Of a stretch of DNA of 64,000 nucleotides, positions 45,816 through 55,554 are shown one piece after another. Made by a program: the position numbers and the translations under genes. Under the pieces are notes generated by a model, which worked only from the letters and a program-made list of their open reading frames with translations, did no database searches and was not told the origin of the DNA. How positions within the stretch are numbered: position 1 is the stretch's first letter; every line of letters begins with the position of its first letter. Location: NCBI GenBank assembly GCA_028534125.1, contig CM052850.1, forward strand, positions 25,978,001 to 26,042,000, written 5' to 3'. This DNA is from Lama glama. Taxonomy: Eukaryota.

Positions 45816-48739
45816 TTGGTTTTCTTACCAGACAATCACTCTCAGCTCTTGAGCTGCCCAAACACAGGGGTGCAGGGCTAGGTCTGGGCCCTGGCTTGTA
45901 GACCCTGCTCTGAAACATAATGGTCCCAAGTCACATCCTGAGCCCAGCTTTGCATCACCTTGCTTGGCCTCTCAGGACCCAGGAACTGCCCAGGCTGCCC
46001 AGTCATCCCCATCTAGAGAGACTGGATCTGGGTGGAGTGGCCCCAAGCTGAGGGCTGGCTGTGTCCGCAGGGAGGACAGTCCAGTCCCCACTTGGGCTGG
46101 ACCACGTCCCAGGCGTAGCTGCAAGGGGCGCCCCCCTCCCAATTTCTTCTTGACCTCTTCTTCTCCAGGGCGATAGTTTTTTTTGCAAAAGTCTTCCTTT
46201 TAATTAAGAAATGCTTAATGAACGTAAAAGAATACAGGTTCATGTGGTCACTTGGAGCACCAGAAAATGAAGCCCCAGCCCCTGACCCTCATTTGGAGAA
46301 CTCGGACCAGCCACCCCCCGTCCCCAGGGCATCCTCCCCTGGCATCCACTCGCGGGGCACGGAGATGGATGGGCCTGTTGCCTGTGGCCTTGTCCCTGCC
46401 CAGCCCTGCACGCATCCGAGCGTCGCCCTTCTCACGCCGACTTCCTCACAGGATGGATTTGGCATCGAGGCGACACAGCTGCAGAGGACCTGCGAGCGTC
46501 TGGGAGAGTGAGGAGGGGAGGGTAGCGGGGTTGGTAGCAGGAGTGGAGAGATAGATGTGTGGGGAAACGGGGCTCTGGGGGAGGTCAACTTGGTCTGCGT
46601 CCTTTCAGCCTTCAGGGTCCCTTCCCCTGGCTCCCTCTTCAGGGAGGAGCCAAGTCACTCTCTGTAATCACCCAGTGGAAGGTTCTGGAGCCTTCTGAGT
46701 CCTAAATTGTGCTGAAGTTGTGTGTGCCGCTCTGCCCATTCCCAGACCTTTTTTGGGAACCCCTCCAGCAGGCACTGTGTCGGGGCAAACTCCTTGTGGA
46801 GCTGGAACTGCAGCACAGCAGGGAGCGCGCAGAATGCACAGCTGACAGTAGCAAGTTGTCTGAAGATGCTGACAAGGGCTGAGGTCCCCCCAGCATGGGG
46901 GCTGTTTGGAGAATGACACGATGTCACTGTGTCTGGAGAGCAGAGGTCATCAGTGACGAGGACGAGTTGGAACAAGGACTGTCTGCACGTGGGGGGACCT
47001 CCGACAGGCCACCGTGGTGGTCTGTGACCTTGCCCTCTGCTGTGGCGTGGGCTGGGGTGGACGGCGGCACTGTCGGCGGTCGTGTGTAGTCTCACCAGTT
47101 GTCGGTTAGGGAAGCTCGTGGTGTCGGCCATGTGCAGACTCAGTCTGCGTCAGTGATCATCTGCAGAGCTGACGGTCTGGAGCGCTGGTCATCTGTTGTG
47201 ACATGCTGTCTGTGGACTGTGGTGGTCTGTGCGGAAGATGGGGACCCACAGCAGAAGGCAGTGAGCAGAGTCTGAGGCCCGGAGGAGTGAGATGGGAACA
47301 GAGCGTGGGGCACGTTGAGGGCCCAGGGCAAGAGACGGAGGGAAAGAGGTCCTGGCGGATTCCACTCGTAAGAATTCTGGGAGATGCCGCCTGATGCATA
47401 GTGGCAGAAGGCAGGTCAGCGGTTCCTAGGGAGGGGTCATTGGACTAGGAAGGGGCAGAAGCGTCTGGCCCGTTGCTCGGGGCGACAGTGTCACTGGTGC
47501 TCGTCCAGCACGGACGCTGATGGACGTGCAGGGGCTGTGGCCGGACGATGCGGACCTTGTGTCTGAGGCCCAGGTGGGTGGCTGGTTTGAACTGAGGGCC
47601 CAGGGAGGGCGGGAGCCGGGTCCTCGCTGTTGTCTGAGGGTGGCTGGCTCTGGGCGTCAGAGGCGCCGTCTTTGCCGACCGCTTCTGCGAAAGTATCTGC
47701 CTTCATTTTTGGAACTGAGGTGAGCTGCGTCCAGCGCAGCTCGGGATCGTGTCTGAGGACGGGCGATGCAAGACCTAAGAAACAAAGAGACAAAGAGCGA
47801 AGGTGGGACCAGGGGACTCGATCTTGTGGACCCAGAGCCCCAAAGCCGGGTCGATGTCATATTTATCAGGGGTACACAGCTCAGAAAAAAATGCGATCAA
47901 AGAGGGGGGCTTTAGACATTCCTTGCGGTAAGCGCTAAGTTCTGCTTGTGGGTTCACTGATGAATTTCAGGCCATCCCTTCCAGGAACAGTCACTCTCCT
48001 GGGGGTGTGCAGAATTTCTGAGTCTATCCTGTCGCTGCCTCCGGGACATCTCGAGATAGCGAGCACGTCCCCTGGGTTCAGCAGCAGCTTTCATGCCAGA
48101 ACAAAGTTCTGTTAATGGACGATCTGGCTTTCCAGGACCATCTGTTTCACCCTAAGGAAATATCTGCCCTCCTTCGTGCCCTTATGGTCAACGTCAGGAT
48201 CACTCGCCACACATTTTCTTTAGCGTGACATGTGCTATAGATCATCTATTGCGCCAGACATTAAAACAAAGCAAGCATGTGCATTTTAAGCAAGCAAGTG
48301 TGAATATAATATATTAAGCTCGTGGAAATTTAGGAGTGGCTTCTTTTCTAGCCGCTTGTTGTCCAGCAGGTTGTTTCCCAGAAGAGGTGGGAGCACGGCG
48401 GTGACACGGGGCAGGAGGGTGAAGACGGTCTGGGGGCTGCTGAGGCCCCTCCCGGCCTGCTCGTATTTGATGCGTGAGTCACGTTCACTGGTGCGCGGGC
48501 CTGACATTCTCCTGTGGTGGCTCACCCCACCCTCGTCCACTCCCAGCTGCCAGGTCCCACCGCGTTTGGGTCTGCTCTCTGCTGTGGGCTGGTGGGCCTC
48601 TCTCGGGTCCGGGCCTCTCTTGGGTCCTGGCCTCCAAGCACCCTTCCATTTGCCCCAGAACCCTTTCTGTCAGAGCCTGTTGGAGGTGGCATGGCTGGCC
48701 GGGAGCCAGGGTCACCTGGGGGCACTGCTGACGCACAGG

Positions 48740-49050
48740 AGGGGCCAGTAGAGAGACGACCTCAGAACGGACTGCGTTTGGAGGCGGGGTCTTTACTGAG
48801 GAGATGAAGCTGAAGCCAGCAGGGTGGCCCCGATGACGGGACAGCTAAGAAAAGGGGACCCAGGCGCACAGAGGGATGACCACTGGAGGACCAGGCAGGA
48901 GTCGGCAGTCTGTCCACCGCCAGGGAGGCCTCAGGAGGAGCTGGCCTCTGACACCTGAACCTGGACGGCCCGTCTCCAGGACTGTGAGACAGGAATGTCT
49001 GTGACTCCGACCGCTGGGTCGTGGCGCTGGGTCGTGGGCGGTAGCACACC
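48740..49050 (+). mobile_element. MaLR LTR fragment (MLT1B-like)
   Basis: ctcagaacggactgcgtttggaggcggggtcttt...gaggcctcaggaggagctggcctctgacacctg...tccaggactgtgagacag. Confidence 0.55.
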
Positions 49051-52000
49051 GTCTCCCGGTCTTGGGAGCAGAGCGGGCGTGATCGTGTGTGTGGGCACAG
49101 TGGGCACAGAGCCCCTGTGTGGGAACTGTGGGTGGTGGGCATCCCCAAGGGGCCTTCCAGCCACATCTACCAGTGCCCCACTCCCTAACTTCCCTTGGAG
49201 GCTTGTGGTTCCAGAGACCAGAGCTGCGAGGCCGAGCGCTGACAGCACCTGCCGTGTGTCAGGCGTGAGGCTGGTGACCTGCCACCCCGTTTAGTCCCTG
49301 AGCCTGGCTGGCTCCCAGGAAGCCTGTCCAAACCCTCCCCTGTATCTGTGGCTCTGATCTCCCTTTTCCTCTCTTTGCTGTGCCTTTCTGTCTGGCTTCC
49401 CAGACCCAGGTCACCGCTGAGGCGCTGGGCGGGTCCTGCTGCCCTTCCTCCAGCCCATCTCCTCGGCTTCCCCTTCCTGCCCATCCTCTGACCACCTCAC
49501 CTCACCCCCGGCCCCCGGGGCAGTGGCAGTACCTGCCATCCAGATCTGGTGCCCTGTTTCTGATTTCCAAGAGAAAGGAAAGCTCAGAATCGCTTTCTCA
49601 CCAGGGACGTGGTTTAGAGACCAAGGCTACAGGCTGGGGCCTGAGTGCCAGGGCTTGGATCCCTGCTCTACCCCGGGCCTGCTGTGTGGCTGTGGATGAG
49701 CTGCTGCAGCTCTCTTCCCCCACGGAGGGTGGAGCCGCAGGAGGGGTCGTGCTGGTGCCACGCCCACGTCCGCCCGCAGTGGCTGCTGCTTGTTACCGTC
49801 CCCAGGGAATCGCTCAGGTGAGAGCAGCTCCCTTTCAGAGGCATGTGTACATCTGGCGAAATCGGGAGTTCAGAACACAGCCCCTGTGCTTCCAGCTTTC
49901 TCAAACAAGGGCTCCGGACACGCTGGCGCTTACTGCCTACACGTGGCTGGGAGGCCCCGCCACCCCCTTCTCCCTGGAGTCCCTGCTGGAGCCGCTCAGT
50001 GCAGGGAGCATCTCCCTCGCCAGTGGATGCCTGCAGCCAGCTCACCTGCTTTCAGACACCGCACACGCCGTGCCAGCGAATAGGTCTGGGGCTTGGTTCA
50101 CGTGGCCTGGATAGACCCCAGAGGCTGCCTGCGGGCCTCTGGGGGCTGGTGATGGGCTCAAGAGAGCGGACCCCTCTCGAGCGGTGGGAGGAGCCACGAC
50201 TGTAAGATGAGCCTAGGCACGGGGGGGGGGGGCTGTTTAGACTGAGCCACGTCTAACGTGTTCCCTGTCTGTTCCCTCCTTCCTTCGATGCTGGTGGGGG
50301 GCCTGTCCCAGGTCAGACAGAGGTTGGCACGTGGGAGACAGAGGCGGCCACCACACAGCAGGGCCTCGTGGGAGGAAGTGGCCTCGTGTGGGTGCCAAGG
50401 TTTATGGGCTTGAACTTGGGTCTGCGGGGCAGACTGCCTGTCTGAGGCTGGGACGGGGCGGGGGAGTGGGTTGTGCGGCTGCTTGGGGTGCAGAGTGGAG
50501 GCTGAACTGCAGACGGAGATGGGGCTGGGAGGGGTCTTCCGTTGTCCGGCTGGGGAATTGTGAGGACGTGGGCTCTGGCAGTGGCCGTGAGGGTTGAGGT
50601 GAAGACGCTGGTCTGAGAGCGACCCCGGAGGTGGAGCTGACTGGACACGGGGTTGGGAACGTGGGGCTCCGAGTCGTGTGCTCCAGGCCATCCTCTCACT
50701 GACGCGCCTGTGAGGAACTCGTTTCCAGAGTCAGTGGGGAAAGCAGAAAACAGGCGGCAGAGCTGCCCCGGATAACTGACCGATGGCACCAGAGGAGCAC
50801 AGCCCCTCCTCCCGCCGCCCAACCCGCTGCTTTGGCCCCGGGGCTCCCGTCCACACGTGCGGGTCAGGCGTGAGGCTCGGGGGCCGGCGCTGTGCGTCTC
50901 AGGACCCCTGACGCACGGCCGAGGACCTCGTGCGGGGGCTTCCACCGTCGTGCCCATTTCAGAAGTTAAACTTGGTGTTTCTTAAGGATTTTTATTAAAC
51001 TCACTTAAAGGCTGTAACGAGCCCATCCCACGTTAGCGTCTTGTGACAATGGCTGTTTCCTGGAACCGTTTTGGTGAGGACTGTGCTGCGTCTTCGCGAG
51101 CCTCCTCAGCGTGGCCCTGCGGTGCCGGTGCCCGGCCCTGCTGCCACTGCTCCACGTGGGGCTTTGGTGGGTGCGTGGGAAGGGGACCGCTGTGTGGGAG
51201 GGACATGCTGTGACCGCTTTTGGATCAAGTGGCTCTTTGGAAACGTGCCGAGTCTTGGCTGCGCCGTCCCTGCGAGCTCAGCTGTGCCGTAGGTGAGCAT
51301 GCCCAGCTCTGCTCCGCCCCTTCTGCCCTCCCCAGCGCTCTGCCGGCCATGCCAGCTCTCGGGCAGCTCAGCGGGTTGGGCGGGGGCAGCTGGGAGGAGA
51401 GGTGCACTTGGCGGTCGGACATAGCGTCCAGGGGGTTAAAGGTTACAGGTCTCCCTAGAGTTGGCAGTTACATCTTATTTCTGCTGCTGTTCAGCCTCCC
51501 AGGTCCCTCCTGAATCCTAGAACAGAGGCCAGAGCAGAAATCAGGGCTTTGTGGTGGATCCTGCCCAGCAGAGCTGCGGGCTGGGGCCAGAGGCCTCCGT
51601 CCAGATCGGGCAAGGTCTCTGCGTTTGCCTGCAGGACCCCGGGCAGACCCCTGTCAGCTCCAGCCTCTCCCACGTGCCCCTGAGCCTCAGCAGCCGGGCG
51701 CCCTCCCCACAGGGCTCCTCGTGCACAAGGTGATGGAGATTGGAAACTTTTGTTCCACTGAACTTTGCCAGGGAGCTATACTTAGCCACCCAGTGGAGGC
51801 CAGGAGTGGGCCCTCCGAGTATAGATAGTAACCAGTGGGCTATTTTCAAACTCCCAGAGAACCCCCAGAATATTCTGGGCCAAAATGGTATTTATAGAAG
51901 ACTCTGGGTCTCGGAAGGGAAGCCATACCCTTAGCGCGCCTGCAGCTTCAGTGGGGAGGTCTCTCTCCCTGGGGAGCGGGGCAGAGAGCCAGGCCTCTGA

Positions 52001-53325
52001 GACCCTGGGCGTCCCCTGTTCCTGGACCTGCACCCGGGGCCAGGCGCTCGCGCCCCGGGCACAAGCGGCACCCGGCGGGTTTCTGTCCACTGCCCATCAC
52101 ACGCCTCCTGGGAGCACTGTTCACATGGTGGAGACGCCGTCCCCACCCTCAGCTCGTTACGTGGTTCTCCTCTTGTCCAGAATCCTGCAGGTTTCTTAGG
52201 CTCCTGCTGTCACCCGGATGTAGCTGGACTGTCACCAAAACGCCTGCTTCCAACTCCTGGTCCTGAGGCTCCTGTCTCTGCCCTGCTCCCGCCTCGGAGA
52301 GGTGCCAGCAGCGTGCCTGGGGTATCGCAGTCAGAAGGCCTTCTTTTGGGAGGAAAGTGGAAATGTAATGTGTAAAAATGGGTTGAGAAAAGCAAGCCTG
52401 TATGTGGGGGATCCAGACAGTGGTCCCTGAGAAAAGAGCTGGCCGTGCCCACCTCACCTGGGACGAATGTGAGCAGGGGTTAGGTCCCCTCCCAATTCCC
52501 ATCTGTGGGTGTTGAGAGGGGGTTCAGAAACCTGAATTTTAAGTGAGCCTTCTGGGTCAGTGCTGGTGATCAGACAAAACCACGAGGACAGTGAAGCGGG
52601 AAGCCACAAGGCCTGAGTGGCCAGTGGGGAAGTGGCCCTGTGGAGGGACATGGCATGCTGAGTGCAGCCGCCCTGCTCGGAGGGAAGCGTCTCCGCCGTC
52701 ACTCCATGTCGGCACCCTGGCAGGTGCCTGGACCTCCCTTCACCCCATCTGCCAACCCATCCTCCGCCACCCTGTCCTCCACCAGCCCAGATATAAATAT
52801 AAGAGCATTTTCCATGGGCCGGCACAGAAGGGCAGACGTGGACTTTATTTTAAGCCTGTGAAATTCCTTTCCTCCGTCCCCAACAGGTGCATTGCCTCAT
52901 TTAGATATTGGGGCTCAGAAATAGAACACAATTTACAATATAGCTTCCTTCAGGCATCTGGATGCCATTTAAAAAAAAAAAGTCCAGTGAGATGCTCGGG
53001 CACAACACAGACGTGGTTGGAGTCTCGCCTTCTACAGAGGCTGGAGAGGCCGCCCCCACACAGCAGAGGGCCGGGCACCTCAGGAGACGGTGCAGGGCAG
53101 AGGCCCGTTCTCTCCTGGGCTCCTGACCAGGACGGCGTGCTCAGGAGGGAGTGGGGCTCGCGGTGCTTGCAGAGGAGGCACTCTAGCAAATGCATCATGA
53201 AGCCGACTGCCCCCCTTCTCCCCTCCCCACCCTTTGAAGCCTGGGGGCAAAGGATTCATTCTTCTCCTTCAGTCCAAGTACAGGGACCCGCCAGGCATCT
53301 CTTGGCAAACTGTGTTCTTATCAGC

Positions 53326-53737
53326 TGTTACAGGGTGAACGGTGCCCTTCATTCTCATATCGAAACCCTAACCCCCAAGTGCCTCAGAAGCCGGCCTTAT
53401 TTGGAGACGGTCTTTGTGGCTGTAGTTAGGCAGATGAGATTATGCAGGTGGGTCTCACCCAGCACGACCAGTGTCCTTACAGAAAGGGGAAATTTGCCCA
53501 CATGACGGGGCAGAGATGGGGGTGATGCTTCTACGAGACACAGACCATCAGAGCTGCCAGCGAACCAGCAGGAGCTGGGAGAGGCCGGGACAAGACCCCC
53601 TCGGTCTCAGAAGGAGCCAGCCCGGCCGGCACCTCGGCCTCGGGCTTCTGGCCTTCAGGACTGCGGGAGAGTGAATTTTTGTGGTTTAAGGCACTCGGTC
53701 GGTGGGATTTGTTATGGCCGCCCCAGCAGACTGACAC
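53326..53737 (+). mobile_element. MaLR solo LTR (MLT1C-like)
   Basis: tgttacagggtgaacggtg...ccttatttggagacggtc...ggcagagatgggggtgatg...ttctggccttcaggactg...gttatggccgcccc. Confidence 0.7.
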
Positions 53738-55372
53738 GTTAGCTACACGGCACATTTCCAGCCTCTGGTCCCGGCCCTCTGTCCCTCGAGGGAGGCTGAC
53801 CCCTGTAGGGGGAAGGCAGCAGGTCTGGGAATGTGAGGGAGACTTCCTCACAGAGGATCTTTGTTTCACCGGCAGATACAGTCTGATGCAGGCTGGAGCA
53901 GGGGCTCTCCGGGGTGGACAGTTTCATCAAGGTCACCCTTGGTCCAGAGAAGCCCAATGACGAGGCCAAGTTTGCTCTGGGATTTGTCCACGCCCCTTCA
54001 GTGGCTGTCATCACACCAGCCACCAGGGCTTCAGCCCCGACACGTCCGGTGGGGGGCCCAGGGCTGGGGCTGCAGAGCAGTGGATGCCATGGCCCGGCGT
54101 GGTTCTGGTGGGCTCGGCAGGTCTGGAGGCCCAGAGTGGAGAGACGGGGCCTCTGCTGCTTGCCGTGTGGCTCCATCCTGGGACCAGGACCTAGGTGCTT
54201 AACTCTGTCACTTGGCCGGGGCCAGCGTGGAACTGCTGACTGTAGGCCAGCACTCCTGCAGAGAGGAGCAGGTGTCCCCTGTCGGCGTCAAGGACTCGGT
54301 CATCTCTGTTAGACTCAGGCCTCCTTCCTCATTCCTGAATGCCACCCTCCAGGCGGCTCAGACCTGCTGGCAAGGGGCAAGGGCAGCCCACTGGGTGACC
54401 GCCTGGGGGCTGGGGGTGAGGGAAGGCCACCTGCGAGAAAGAAATGGGGTCTCGTGTTGGTCTGTGAGTCAGCTTGGGAAGGCGTGGATCTCAGGCAGGG
54501 TCAAAGGCCAGCTGCTCGCGTGATTGGGGGACGACACGGCCTCGGCCAGGCAGGCGGGAGGCTGGGTCACTGTGGGCAGGCGGTGTGGGCTTGGCACCTC
54601 GCGGAGGAGGCTGCAGTGAAGACGTGTGTGTGTGTTTAGCAGAGGGGCTGCAGGTGCGGGACGGACTCTGCATTAGACTTTGGGGAGGTGACTCCCTCTG
54701 CAGACACTCGCGCCCTCACGCCCGGTGCCGGTTCATGCCCCGTTCTCATCCTCACCTCTTCTTCCAGAGGAAGGCACCTGGCTCGCCTAGGCCCCGTCCC
54801 ATAACCACTGCACAGCGCAGTGCTCCCTGACTGGCCGGAAGAGCCTTGATCACCCGCAAGTCCTGCCGGGGGTGGGCCTCTGTCGGCGCTCAGGCGCCTC
54901 CGCGGGGCAGCACAGCAGGCCATGGGGACTCCCTTTATAGCCCAAGCCCCCCGCTGTGAGTCCTCTTGCTGCTCCATCTTTGGGACAGCCTAGTGAGGTG
55001 GGGGGTGCGTCTGTGCACGCGTGACATGAGGCAGATGGAGGTGAGCCTCGAGGCGGCTCTGCCCATGAAGGTGGACCGGACGGCTAGACTGTTCATCTGC
55101 AGTAGAGGGATCCAGGGCAGCCCTGCCCGTCAGCCTGAGGGCAGCCATCCTGGTGCCAGAGACCTGTCTCCCAGCAGCCGTAAGTGGGAGGAGCAGAATG
55201 GAGGCTCCCATCTCAGTGGAAGTCTCCCCAGGAGAGAGCCCCTCCTGCGTGCAGGGAAGGAGACGCCGCTGGGCGCGCGCTGGGCCCCGCCCCCCCAGAA
55301 CGCGTGGCTCCTCCAGGGGCAGTGGGCTCTGGGGGCGAGGCCCTGCCCCCGCCTGCACAAACCCTCACGTCT

Positions 55373-55554
55373 CTAGGGGCCGGGGCAGCCGCCAGACTCC
55401 TCGTGCCGCGCCAGGAGTGCCATGCGGGAGAAGGTCTTGGCACAGCGCTTGCACTGGTACTTCTTCGTGTCCGAGTGCGTCTGCAGGTGGGCCCGCAGGT
55501 TGGAGCGGTCGGCGAAGGCCCTGCTGCAGTGAGGGCAGGCGTAGGGCTTCTCAC
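55373..55554 (-). CDS. SNAI3: SNAI3 exon 3 (coding part; ZF4, ZF5)
   Basis: cccacag acceptor; EKPYACPHC...[30 protein letters not shown]. Confidence 0.94.

Noticed and set aside
53877-54040. Plus-strand exon-like block (VDSFIKVTLGPEKPNDEAKFALGFV)
   Set aside because: Isolated, has an in-frame stop right after the acceptor, no partner exons and no recognisable homology.
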